From an uncultured Planctomycetota bacterium (GTDB lineage Bacteria; Planctomycetota; Planctomycetia; Gemmatales; Gemmataceae): a DNA stretch of 64,000 nucleotides. The notes under the pieces are model-generated. The model searched no databases. It worked only from the letters and a program-made list of their open reading frames with translations, and had not been told where the DNA came from. Below are positions 45,912 through 55,711 of this stretch, piece by piece (positions within the stretch are counted from its first letter, which is position 1; each line of letters begins with the position of its first letter). The position numbers and the translations under genes are program-made. Where the stretch lies: NCBI GenBank assembly GCA_963849325.1, contig CAWKHF010000012.1:992001-1056000 (forward strand). Direction: 5' to 3'.

Positions 45912-47003
45912 TCATTCCGAACGGGGCGAAGAAGTGCGTCGAACGATCTGATGCTTGCGCATCTTTCCGTACAGCGTAGTGGGCCGCAATCCCAGGGCTG
46001 CGGCGGCGCCGCCCGGCCCGTATATCTTGCCCTGGCAGCGTTCTAGCGCGTCCAGGATGGCACGCCGCTCCACCTCGGCCAGGCCCGAACGAAGTCTGCC
46101 CGGAGACCGCCGTCCCTCGCTTTGGTCGGAGCCAGTTCGGATCGACCTCCAAGGTGTCGCCGTCGGTGACGATCATGGCCCGTTCGACAAAGTTCTCCAA
46201 CTCGCGCACGTTCCCCGGCCAGGGATACTCCATCAGGAGGGTCCGTGTCGCGGGACTGACGGTCGTAACGGTCTTGCCCATCCGCCGGCCGAAGGAGTGC
46301 AGGAAGTGCCGGACCAGGTCGAAGATGTCTTCGCGGCGGTCGCGGAGCGGTGGGACATGAATGGGAAACACGTTCAGGCGAAAGAACAGGTCGGCTCGAA
46401 AGCGCCCCTCGCTCATGGCGACTGTCAGGTCTCGATGCGTGGCCGCGATGAAGCGCACGTCCACGGGCAGAGACTTGGTGTCGCCAACTCGTTCGATGGC
46501 GCGCTCCTGCAAGACTCGCAGGAGCATCACCTGGACCTGCGGCGGCAATTCACCGACTTCATCGAGAAAGATTGTCCCCTGATTCGCCAGCTCCAAGCGG
46601 CCGATGCGGCGGCGCACGCCCCGGTGAAGGCTCCAGGCTCGTGCCCGAATAACTCGCTGGCGATGACACCTGGGGCCAGGGCGGCGCAGTTGACGGCCAC
46701 CAGGAGACGATCTCGGCGGGAGCTGAGTTGGTGGATGGCACGGGCGACTAATTCTTTCCCCGTGCCGGTTTCGCCGCAGACCAGGACCGTGCTGTCCGTG
46801 CGGGCAACCTGCTGGACGGCGAGACGAACGGCCTTCATCGGTCGGCTCTCGCCGGTCAGCAAGCGGAGGTCGCGCTCCGCCCGAGACTCGTCGCGCAGGT
46901 AGGCCGTTTCGTGACGGAGCCGCTCCAGTTCCGTCACGCGCGCTTCGAGCTCGGCGATGCGCGCGTCGCGTTCTCGGCACCCGTCGCACAGAGGCACTTG
47001 CAT
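45912..47003 (-). CDS. FhlA-like sigma54 enhancer-binding protein lacking a sensory domain (frameshifted)
   Basis: [60 protein letters not shown]. Confidence 0.88.
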
Positions 47004-47139
47004 GCTCCCATGCTAGCAACTCCTCCCGCGGCCACGCTGCGCCGGATGCCTCGACGGAACGCGCTCCCCCACATGGGCGCAAAGATACGCCAACGCGCGT
47101 GAACACCAAGGGACGAGTGCTTTCGGCCCGCCTTGACGG

Positions 47140-47290
47140 CGAGCGGCCAAGGGCTACTCGCTGTTCCGCGAGAACAACGGAAGGCCCATCGCCCGCCTCG
47201 CCCGACCGGCAAGAGCGATCGGGCCGAGGTCATGTGGAGGAGCCATCGCGACAAGTGTGACCAGATCGGCGAGAACGTCACGTCGATTGC
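47140..47290 (+). pseudogene. Gene fragment without a start
   Basis: Protein-like text AKGYSLFRENNGRPIARL / RPTGKSDRAEVMWRSHRDK across one frameshift, with coding-like codon bias. Confidence 0.35.
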
Positions 47291-47377
47291 TCGGCTAGAC
47301 CCTATTCGGGTAGGATGAATAAGACAGGGATGGGGGATTGAGGGAGTCGGCCTCAGGGATGGCAGGGAGCCAATGCG

Positions 47378-47707
47378 GTGGCGGAACGGATCCCCGACGA
47401 AGCGGTGGTGGTTCGAGGCGGGCGCAATCTCCCCGCCGACGTGCGACGCGGAATCCAAACCCATCCCAGTGGTGTAACGGGCATATCCGTCGAATGCGCG
47501 GAGGGGATAGCCGTGGCGGAACTGGCAGCCGCCATCCCCCACGGTCAGATGGGAGTAACGACCGTGGGGGCGATTCGAGCGGCAGGTGGAGACGTGGTGC
47601 GAACCTCCGGCCGCAGTCCGCATCACGCCACCTTGATTGGACTGAGTCCCGAAGAGGCGAGCCGCTTGTTGACGCCGACCATTCCCAATCCCGCCAAGAC
47701 GCCCTGA
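47378..47707 (+). CDS. Small hypothetical protein, candidate toxin domain
   Basis: GTG start with GGGAG RBS; VVRGG, GISV, HGQMGVTTVG, HHATL, PTIPNP. Confidence 0.7.
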   Translation: MAERIPDEAVVVRGGRNLPADVRRGIQTHPSGVTGISVECAEGIAVAELAAAIPHGQMGVTTVGAIRAAGGDVVRTSGRSPHHATLIGLSPEEASRLLTPTIPNPAKTP

Positions 47708-47723
47708 CGAAAGGAGAGTCAGC

Positions 47724-48044
47724 ATGGGTACGCCGAAAATCTACGCGGACTTCCACAATGCCGATTCTCAGGGCCGCCTGCGGTTGAATTGCATGGGCAC
47801 CGTGGAGGATCTGGCACGACAGAAGCTCGAATTGCGCGACGGCTTGCTCCTGACCTTGTACACGGACGACCTGGACGACCGGGGGCAACTGGATGAACTG
47901 CTCGTCGAGGGTGTCGTGTCCTTCGCGGAAGAAGAACACTGCTGGGTCGCGGCCATCGATTGGTCCGCGATCCGTCACGCCTCGGATGGTCAGGTTCTCA
48001 GGGCCAACGGAGCCTCAGGTTCCTCCTCCGCATCATCCGTCTGA
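47724..48044 (+). CDS. Small acidic hypothetical protein, candidate immunity/antitoxin
   Basis: Strong RBS AAGGAG; IYADFHNAD..GRLRL..GT, WVAAIDW; starts 16 nt after the upstream gene. Confidence 0.75.
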   Translation: MGTPKIYADFHNADSQGRLRLNCMGTVEDLARQKLELRDGLLLTLYTDDLDDRGQLDELLVEGVVSFAEEEHCWVAAIDWSAIRHASDGQVLRANGASGSSSASSV

Positions 48045-48146
48045 GCGGCCAACAGTTAAACATTGATGTGGACGAATATTCCATCGCCCAACCGGATCGT
48101 ATCCTCGGCATCCTGATGCACTGTTGCGGCCAGACGGGATGATTTT

Positions 48147-49010
48147 ATGGAACAGATCAACGCGCGTTCCATCTTCAGCCCGGCGACCGGCTTCATCCGT
48201 CGCGGCGGCTTCGACTGGACGTGCAACCCCTATGTCGGATGCACCTATGGCTGCATCTATTGTTATGCGATGTTCCTGCCGCAGAATCGCCGGCCGCGCG
48301 AGGACTGGGGCAAGTGGTTTCAAGCGAAGATCAACGCCCTGGAACTGGCCCGCAAGCAGGCGCCGAAGGTCGCCGGCCAGGCCGTCTACCTCTCCAGCGT
48401 CACCGATCCGTACCTGCCGGCCGAGCGCGGCCTGGGCCTGACGCGCGGCATCCTCGAAGCCTTGGTTCCCTATCAACCGCGTCTCTTGGTCCAGACGCGC
48501 GGTCCTCTGGTGGTGCGCGATCTCGACGTGCTGAGGCGCTTCCGTTCGCTCCGTGTGAATGTGTCGATCCCGACCGACAGCGAGGAAGTGCGCCGAGCGT
48601 TCGAGCCGAAGGCGCCGCCGCTGGAGCGACGCTGGCAGGCGCTGGCCGAGGTGAAAGCGGCCGGCGTGGCGACCGGCATTTGCGTGACGCCGATGCTGCC
48701 ACTGGCGGACCCCGAAGCGTTCGTCCGGCGCATCGTCGAGTTCGCGCCGGACGTGCTGGTGACACAGCACTTCCACGATTCGGGCGGCGGCTTCGGCGCC
48801 GACACCGGCGCGGCGGCTCGGCAACTGCTTGCGGAGTGCCACTGGAGTGAGGAGAACTACCGGCGCTGCGTCGAGATGCTGCGGCGACAGCGGCAAGTTT
48901 ACGAGGCGGAAGCCGGCTTCTTCCCGCCCGGTGCGCGCGAAGCGAGCATTGATTATTCCTCGCCCCAATCCCACACTTCGCGGCTCGACCAGACGCGAAG
49001 CATCTCCTGA
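48147..49010 (+). CDS. Radical SAM protein, spore-photoproduct-lyase-like family
   Basis: NPYVGCTYGCIYCYA (CxxxCxxC), SSVTDPY, FEPKAP. Confidence 0.9.
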   Translation: MEQINARSIFSPATGFIRRGGFDWTCNPYVGCTYGCIYCYAMFLPQNRRPREDWGKWFQAKINALELARKQAPKVAGQAVYLSSVTDPYLPAERGLGLTRGILEALVPYQPRLLVQTRGPLVVRDLDVLRRFRSLRVNVSIPTDSEEVRRAFEPKAPPLERRWQALAEVKAAGVATGICVTPMLPLADPEAFVRRIVEFAPDVLVTQHFHDSGGGFGADTGAAARQLLAECHWSEENYRRCVEMLRRQRQVYEAEAGFFPPGAREASIDYSSPQSHTSRLDQTRSIS

Positions 49011-50158
49011 TATTTCCTGGCATCGACGGCCACGTCCAGATAAACGTGTCGATCGCGGCGAGTAAAACGGAACCGCCCGACTTCGGCTTGATCAACGTCC
49101 GGACCCAGGGCGGCGGATTGGGCTGCCGGCACCTGCTCCCAGCGACTGGCTTCTTCAAGGAAATGAGCCAAGCGAACGCGGGCTTCCTCGGCGGAGCCGA
49201 AGGCCAGCACGCAAGGGGCGCGGTTGCCCCAAATTTCCGTGCGCCGCTCCGGATGGCCCAGCAAGAAAAGATACTCCAGGCCAAGAGGAATTTCGGCGGG
49301 GACCAGCCAGTTGGGGACCGGTTCCGGGGCCTCGCGGGGCGTGCGCGCGAAATGCCGTTTCCACTGCGTCCGAAAGAGATCGTCCACGTCCACGGTAATG
49401 TCCGGGGCCACGGCCATGCGGAACTTGTCGCCGGTGCCGTGCGTCGCGGCGAGGCGGTAATCCGCACCTGTTAACTCGAAGATTTCTACTGTCTCGACTT
49501 CCGGATCGAGCAACCAGAGGTGCGGTACGCCCGCGCGGCGATAGAGGTTTCGTCGCATGCCGCGATCGACCTCGCGGGTCGCCGGCGACAGGACTTCCGC
49601 AATCAGGTCCGGTATGCCGTGGAAATAGTCGTCGAGCAGACACTTCTCCGGATCGATCCGGAAATAAAATTGGTCGGGCGCGACGTTCGTTGTTTCCGAA
49701 AGGGAAATGTCCACACGCCCCGAGTGAATTCCTCCGTGGCGCTGGCACACGTCGCCCAGCAAACTCCACAGGTTGATTTGAACGTCGTAATGCCGTTGAC
49801 GATCCTCCCAGCCCGTTTCCTGCCCGATCGGCTGCCCACTCCAGAGATCGCGCCGCCAGAAGGAACGGTCAAACGTCAGGAAGGCGTCGAAGTCGAAGGG
49901 GACCCGCAAATCGATGGGCAGGGGATAGAGGGTTAGCTGAAAGCCTTGCACTTCCGTGCGCCATTGCTTCGGGGCCTTGTGGATGGCCGGAGTTGTTCGG
50001 ACTCCCTTCCAATGGCGGAGCGTATCGCTCCACTCCGCGAAATGGGCCTCGGCTTGCTCCCGGCTACGGAACGGAAAGGCGCAGCGCGAGCGGCCGTCGA
50101 TGAGTTCCAGCTTGTTGTTCGGGACGCCGAAAAGCAGAGCGTATTCCAATCCCCACAT
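48953..50158 (-). CDS. Extended Uma2 (DUF820) family endonuclease
   Basis: ELIDG, VAPD, PDLIAEVLSP, YRRAGVPHLWLLDPE. Confidence 0.8.
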   Translation of the reverse strand: MWGLEYALLFGVPNNKLELIDGRSRCAFPFRSREQAEAHFAEWSDTLRHWKGVRTTPAIHKAPKQWRTEVQGFQLTLYPLPIDLRVPFDFDAFLTFDRSFWRRDLWSGQPIGQETGWEDRQRHYDVQINLWSLLGDVCQRHGGIHSGRVDISLSETTNVAPDQFYFRIDPEKCLLDDYFHGIPDLIAEVLSPATREVDRGMRRNLYRRAGVPHLWLLDPEVETVEIFELTGADYRLAATHGTGDKFRMAVAPDITVDVDDLFRTQWKRHFARTPREAPEPVPNWLVPAEIPLGLEYLFLLGHPERRTEIWGNRAPCVLAFGSAEEARVRLAHFLEEASRWEQVPAAQSAALGPDVDQAEVGRFRFTRRDRHVYLDVAVDARKYQEMLRVWSSREVWDWGEE

Positions 50159-50282
50159 GCGACGATCCTCCTTCACCTTGCCCCGCTCCAATGCCTGGAG
50201 CGGGCGGCATCGCTTGTCATCCCTGTCGTACGCTAACCCATTTTTGCTCGTGCGCTGATTCCACCCGTATTGGGGGAGATGC

Positions 50283-50867
50283 TCAGTTGCCCTGCTCCAC
50301 GCCAGGCGGCGGCAGAGTGAAGTCGCCGACGCGGCTGCGGAAACCAGGGATCACGTCCTCGCCGCTGATCTCGTCGTTTTCCCGGAGAATGGTGCCCGTC
50401 TCGGCCGCGCGGTGGATTTTAACCGTTCGCTGCTCGGGGTTGACCACCCAGACAAGAGGGACGCCCGCATCGAGAAACTCGCGCACCTTTTCGTCGGTCT
50501 CATAGGTAGTATCGTTGGGCGATACCACCTCGACGGCGAGATCGGGCGCGATCGGGCCATGTCCTTCCGTGGTCGCTTGCGCCAGCGATAACCGATGGAG
50601 ACGAATGAAAGAAACGTCCGGTTTGCGAATTCTGTCCGGGAGCGCCGGGAAGCACCGGTAGCTCGTCCCTTCGGGAAAGACCCAGCCCAGCCGTTTATCC
50701 CGACAAAACAGATCGAGCATACGGAAAATAACCCCCGCGACGTAGCTGGACCAAATGCTCGTCTTGCGCTCCACCAAGCGGCCATCGACCAACTCATAAA
50801 GCTTGCCGTCCGGCATGGTCAGCAAGTCTTCCGGGGTGTAGCGTTTTTCGCTGGCAACGGTAATCAT
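50283..50867 (-). CDS. Uma2 (DUF820) family endonuclease
   Basis: YELVDG, RKPDVSF, PDLAVEVVSPND, AGVPLVWVVNP. Confidence 0.92.
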   Translation of the reverse strand: MITVASEKRYTPEDLLTMPDGKLYELVDGRLVERKTSIWSSYVAGVIFRMLDLFCRDKRLGWVFPEGTSYRCFPALPDRIRKPDVSFIRLHRLSLAQATTEGHGPIAPDLAVEVVSPNDTTYETDEKVREFLDAGVPLVWVVNPEQRTVKIHRAAETGTILRENDEISGEDVIPGFRSRVGDFTLPPPGVEQGN

Positions 50868-50890
50868 GTCATCCGCCTTTCCGGGAAATC

Positions 50891-52034
50891 TTACATCTCC
50901 TTCACTCGAATCCACTTTTGATCGGCCGCCGACTGGAGAATCGCATCGAGTACCAGCTGCGTGCGGTAAGCATCGCGGAAGTCCGGCATCGCCGGCTTGC
51001 CCGTCTCGATCCCCTTGAGGAAATCGGCCACCTGATGCACGAAACTGTGTTCGTAGCCGATCTGCAAACCTGGCACCCACCAGTTGCCCATGTACGGATG
51101 ATCGCTGTCGCTGACGTGAATCGAGCGCCAGCCGCGGACGACGCCCTGGTCGCGGTGGTCAAAGTATTGCAGTCGATGAAGGTCGTGCAAGTCCCAGAAG
51201 ATCGACGCATGTTCGCCGTTGATCTCGAAGGTGTACAGCGCCTTGTGGCCGCGAGCGTAACGGGTGGACTCGAACGAGGCCAGCGAGCCGTTGTGGAAAC
51301 GGCCCATGAAAATGGCGGCGTCATCGATGCCGACCTTCTCGACCTTGCCCGTCAGGTTGTGCTTGCGCTCCTTGACGAACGTCTCGGTCATGGCGTTGAC
51401 GCTGTCGAGCTGGCCGTTGAGCCACAGGGCCGTGTCGATGCAGTGGGCGAGCAGATCGCCGGTGACGCCGCTGCCGGCGGCGGCCACGTCCAGGCGCCAC
51501 AGCGCCTGCGCCGCCCTGCGGCAGTTCGGGGTTGATCGTCCAGTCTTGCAGGAACTTGGCGCGATAGTGGAAGATACGGCCGAGCCGGCCGTCGTCGATC
51601 AGCTGCTTCGCCAACGTCACCGCCGGTACGCGGCGATAGTTGTACCACACCATGTTCGGCACTTTGGCCTTTTCGACCGCCTCGACCATTTGCAGCCCTT
51701 CGGGTCCGGTCATGGCCAGGGGCTTTTCGCACAGGATCATCTTGCCCGCCTTCGCGGCGGCGACGGCGATCTCGGCGTGCGTGTTGTTGGGCGTGCAGAT
51801 GTCGATGACGTCGATGTCCTTGCGTTCGATCAGCTTTCGCCAGTCGGTTTCGACCGATTCATAGCCCCAGGTGTCGGCGAACGTCTTGGCCTTGTCGGCG
51901 CTGCGGGCGCAGATGGCCTTGAGGATGGGCCGATGTTGCAGGTCGAAAAAGTGGTTGACCGTGGCGTAGGCGTTGGAGTGGGCCTTCCCCATGAAGCCGT
52001 AGCCGATCATGCCGACGTTCAGCGGTTTGGTCAT
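50891..52034 (-). CDS. Gfo/Idh/MocA oxidoreductase (frameshift near 51510)
   Basis: [49 protein letters not shown]. Confidence 0.92.
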
Positions 52035-52966
52035 CGTGATGGTCCCTGATGCTTGTTGGTTTTGGATGGCGATTCTCGGGCGGCGGCGAAGTGATCGTAA
52101 ACCTCCTTCGCCACGCGGGCGCACAGCCGATTGCCGGCGTTGTCCGCGAGCCAGCGCCGGTCCTTGTTGTTGGTCGTCAGCACGCACACGGCGACGATGC
52201 CGCCGGGCGTGTGGATCAGGCCGGCGTCGGTGCGCGTGTCGCTGGTGGAGCCATCCTTGTGGGCCACGAACACACCCGCCGGCAGCAGATGCTTGAATTT
52301 GTCCTTGTCGGCGTTCTTGCTCAGGTGATGAAGCATCATCTGCTTGAAGACTGGACAATTACGCTCTCCGATCTGCAATTCTTCCAGCAGCCCCACCATC
52401 TCGCGGGCCGTGGTCGAGCCGAGTCCGTAGCGGCGCGTGCGAACCGGATCGACGGACGTGGTCGAGCCGCGATACACCTTGGCGTTGATCCGGGTATTGG
52501 GGAAGCCCCACGCCTCCATGCGCTTATTGACGGCGGCGATGCCGGTGTGATCGAGTACGAGGTTGGTCGCCGTGTTGTCCGAGAAGGCGATCATCAGCCG
52601 CGCCGCGTCGCGCAGCGAGAAGTCGGCGCCGTCGCTGAAGTGCTCCGTGAGGATGCCGCTGCCGGGTACCTTGTCGGCGGCGCGGAGCGTGACGCGGTCG
52701 GTCAGCTTGAGCTTGTCCTCCTGGACCTGCTGATACAGCTCAATTAACACGGCGACCTTGATGAGGCTGGCCGTCGGCATGACCTCGTCGGCACGGAGAT
52801 AGTAGCTTTCGCCGGTCTCCAGGTTCTTAACGGCGAGGGCGACCTTTCCCTTGTGTGCCTCGGCCAGCGGGGCCAAGCGCGCCTCCAAGGAAGAAGACTC
52901 ACCACACAGACACAGAGGACACAGAGAAACCAGCAAGGCAAAAGCCAGCGCCCATCGAGCGATCAT
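52031..52966 (-). CDS. Class A beta-lactamase-like serine hydrolase (secreted)
   Basis: PTASLIK (SxxK), FSDNTATN (SDN), AHKDG (KTG variant). Confidence 0.88.
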   Translation of the reverse strand: MIARWALAFALLVSLCPLCLCGESSSLEARLAPLAEAHKGKVALAVKNLETGESYYLRADEVMPTASLIKVAVLIELYQQVQEDKLKLTDRVTLRAADKVPGSGILTEHFSDGADFSLRDAARLMIAFSDNTATNLVLDHTGIAAVNKRMEAWGFPNTRINAKVYRGSTTSVDPVRTRRYGLGSTTAREMVGLLEELQIGERNCPVFKQMMLHHLSKNADKDKFKHLLPAGVFVAHKDGSTSDTRTDAGLIHTPGGIVAVCVLTTNNKDRRWLADNAGNRLCARVAKEVYDHFAAARESPSKTNKHQGPSR

Positions 52967-53021
52967 TGCAGAACATCCTTTCTCTTCTTCTTTCTTCTCG
53001 GTGCTTTCTGTGTCTTTGTGG
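52902..53021. repeat. Fold-back element, family F (CACA(A/G)AG(G)ACACA(A/G)AG)
   Basis: CCACACAGACACAGAGGACACAGAGAA...TTCTCGGTGCTTTCTGTGTCTTTGTGG; related to 54121-54193. Confidence 0.75.
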
Positions 53022-53049
53022 CTAAAGGCACGCATCCAATACCATTTTG

Positions 53050-53132
53050 ACCACGGATAACACGGATTACACGGATAAAACAAAAGAAGTCTTCTGGTTG
53101 TCTTTATCCGTGTTATCCGTGTTATCCGTGGT
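53050..53132. repeat. Family-E nonamer fold-back element
   Basis: ACCACGGATAACACGGATTACACGGATAAA...TTTATCCGTGTTATCCGTGTTATCCGTGGT. Confidence 0.9.
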
Positions 53133-53168
53133 TCCAAGTGCATTTGGTTCGTGGCCCTTCGTCATTCT

Positions 53169-54097
53169 TCACGAGGCATATTTTTTGCGCATCTTGTCGA
53201 GGAACTGCTTGCTGTCGGCGGTCACGTCCCAGGCGTTGGGCCAGAAGCACAGATCGACGCACCACCAATCGTTGGGCACGCCCGCATCGTTCAGCGCCGG
53301 CAGCAGCTTGTCGAAGTCCAGCGCGCCGGTGCCGAACGGGTTGTGCGTGCTCGTCTTGTGCTCGTTGAGCGAGCCGTCCGAGTCGATCAGGTGGACGTGG
53401 GTTATCTTGCCCTTGAGCTTGTCCAGCAGCTCCAGCGCGCCGCCGGGCAGCGTCTCCTTGCCGCCCGGCTGGTTGGCGCCGACGGCGGCGCACATGTGGG
53501 CGTGGCAGGTGTCGTAGAGCACGCCGAAGTTCGCGTTGCCCTTGGCCCGCACGCCCTCGACGATTTGCAGCACTTCCGACGGCTTGTTGAACACGAAGCC
53601 CGGCTCGAACTCCCAGGTGATGTCTCATGCCGTGGTCGGCCGCGATCTTGCTGCACTTGTCCCAGACGTTGATGAGCCGCTCCATGCCGACCTTCGGGTC
53701 CATCTTCGACGTCTGGAAGAAGTCGGGCGGCTCGACGGTATCGACGCGGATGGTCTTGATGCCCAGGTCGGAGGCGAAGACGGTGTAGCCGAGGAACGCC
53801 GCCATGTAGGGCAGCGGGTTCTCGTCGAGGATCGACGGCCCCGGCTTCTTGAAGCTCCACAGGTCGACGGCGATGCCGGAGAACTCCAGGCCGTGGTCGG
53901 CGACTTCCTTTTTCAGCGCCTGCCGCGATCGCCTTGGTCGGGTGCGAGAACGGCGTCGGGTGGACGCCGAAGCTGCCCAGTTCGACGCCGTCGTAGCCGA
54001 GGTGTTGCAGCTTGTGCAGGATCTCGTGGAAGTCGTTGGTCGGCTTCTCCTGGTTGAAGATGTACGCCCAGCTGCCGATCGAAAGTTTCTTCTTCAT
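53169..54097 (-). CDS. Sugar phosphate isomerase/epimerase, xylose-isomerase-like TIM barrel (frameshifted)
   Basis: SIGSWAY, GYDGVELG, WEFEPGF, LYDTCHAH, HVHLIDSD, PFGTG. Confidence 0.85.
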
Positions 54098-54120
54098 GTG
54101 AAAAGTCCTCCAAAACCAAT

Positions 54121-54193
54121 TCACCACAAAGACACAAAGGACACAAAGAAGAATTCTTATGTATTCTTCATGTCCTTTGTGTCTTTGTGGTGA
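54121..54193. repeat. Fold-back element, family F
   Basis: TCACCACAAAGACACAAAGGACA...TGTCCTTTGTGTCTTTGTGGTGA, 23-bp perfect arms. Confidence 0.92.
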
Positions 54194-54202
54194 CTTTACC
54201 TC

Positions 54203-55478
54203 TTATGGTCGCCGACATTCGGCGCGTCCGGGTTCGTGTCCGGTCCGAAGTAGCGCAGCGTGACCAGCGGCTCGAGGCCGGTGTTCTCGAAGACGACGCC
54301 CTGCCGGGCGGCGTCGTGCGGTGACGAAAACCTCGTCCTCGGTCAGTTCGCCGAAGCGGATCATGGCCGGCGTCTGCAACGGCAGCTTGCCGATGCGGCC
54401 GCTGCCCTGCACGGCGATGAGGCCGTACGCGCCGTTGTCCTTGATCGTCACCTTGACGCCGGGATCGACCGTCAGTTCCTTGGCCGTGAACAGCTGCTCG
54501 CCGTCCACCTTGCCGTAGACGATCCAGCGATCGACGTAGCCTTCCGTGCGCCGTGTCGGCCACGGGGATCGGTTCGAGATAATGGCTATCCTTGAAGTTC
54601 GGATTGACGTTGCCCTCCCAGTCGAGCTGCTCGACGAGGTAATCGAGATCGTGGTGCTTGTCCTTGGGCATGTCCTTGACGAGCAGGCTCCAGGGCACCG
54701 GCCGGCCCTCGACCATGCGACTGGTACATGGCGAACACGTCGGAACCCCATTGCGGCTCGTAGGTGACCAGCGAGCCGGGCGCGTGCAGGACGCAGGGCG
54801 GCACCAGCCAGCCGGTGCCCGGTTGCAGGCGGTACGCCTTGGTGTAATTGAGGATGCACGTTGTCGCCCTCGTTCCAGCGCTCCAGACAGCGGCGAATGT
54901 CGTCCTTGGTCGTGCCGGGTTCCAGGCCGAAGAAGGTGTAGGGGAAGTTGTTGCCGACGGCGTTGAGCTGGGGTGGAAAATAATACGACTCCGGTTTACC
55001 CTGCTGGCCGACCTTGGCGGCCTGGGCGTTGTTCTGGTGCATGTGGTGCGGGATCGGCCCCAGGTTGTCGAAGAACTTGCTGTAGACGGGCCAGCGCTGA
55101 TAGCGGTCCCAGATGGGTCCGCCCGACGAGCTTCGCTCCCTCCGAGGCGACGGCGTCGCGGAGCGTGAAGGCCCGCTTGCCCTCGTGGACGACGTAGCTC
55201 AGACCCTCGTCGGTCGGGGCGCCCTCGTTGGCCGCGTGCGTCGTGGAGGCGAACCAGCGTTCGTCGATGCCGCCGCGATGGGCGCCGAGGGCGTACACGT
55301 CTTGCGGCGCCAGCTTGATGCGCCGGCCCGGCATCAGGAAGGAACGCGGCACCCAGGTCGGGGCCAGTCGCAACAACCCTTCGCCGGACTCCAAGGCGCG
55401 CCGGACCAGCGCGGCGTCCGCCGTGTCCGGGGCGGCCTGTTGTTTCGTCTTCGTTGGGGTGGAACTTTTCTTCGCCAT
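54203..55478 (-). CDS. Cupin-fold protein, mannose-6-phosphate-isomerase-like (frameshifted)
   Basis: LAPTWVPR, RGGIDERW, KFFDNLGPIPHHMHQ, GKPESYYFP, VLHAPGSL.TYEPQ. Confidence 0.75.
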
Positions 55479-55711
55479 GAGGGGTAAACTCCCTGGAGGT
55501 CGAGGACAGCAGCCGGATTACGGTATCGGCAACGAGGGACTGCCTCTCGCCTCCGCCGTGGCCTGATTAAAGAGCGCCGCGCCGCGACTGGCAAGGACAA
55601 ACTGGCCGCTCCCTCGAGACTTTTCGCGGAAATGTCGCCGCCGAGGAAAGAAACCGCCGTCCCAAACGAACTAGACAGAGGAGAGCAACGTCGAATACTC
55701 AGGAACAGGGT

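Noticed and set aside
45661-50870. Accessory patch as a prophage or integrative element
   Set aside because: No integrase, transposase, phage structural gene, tRNA or flanking att repeats found
52967-53143. N-terminal extensions in the ORF track (beta-lactamase from 53143, aquaporin from 32322, kdpC from 62200)
   Set aside because: These are open frames through repeat elements; better RBS-associated starts exist downstream
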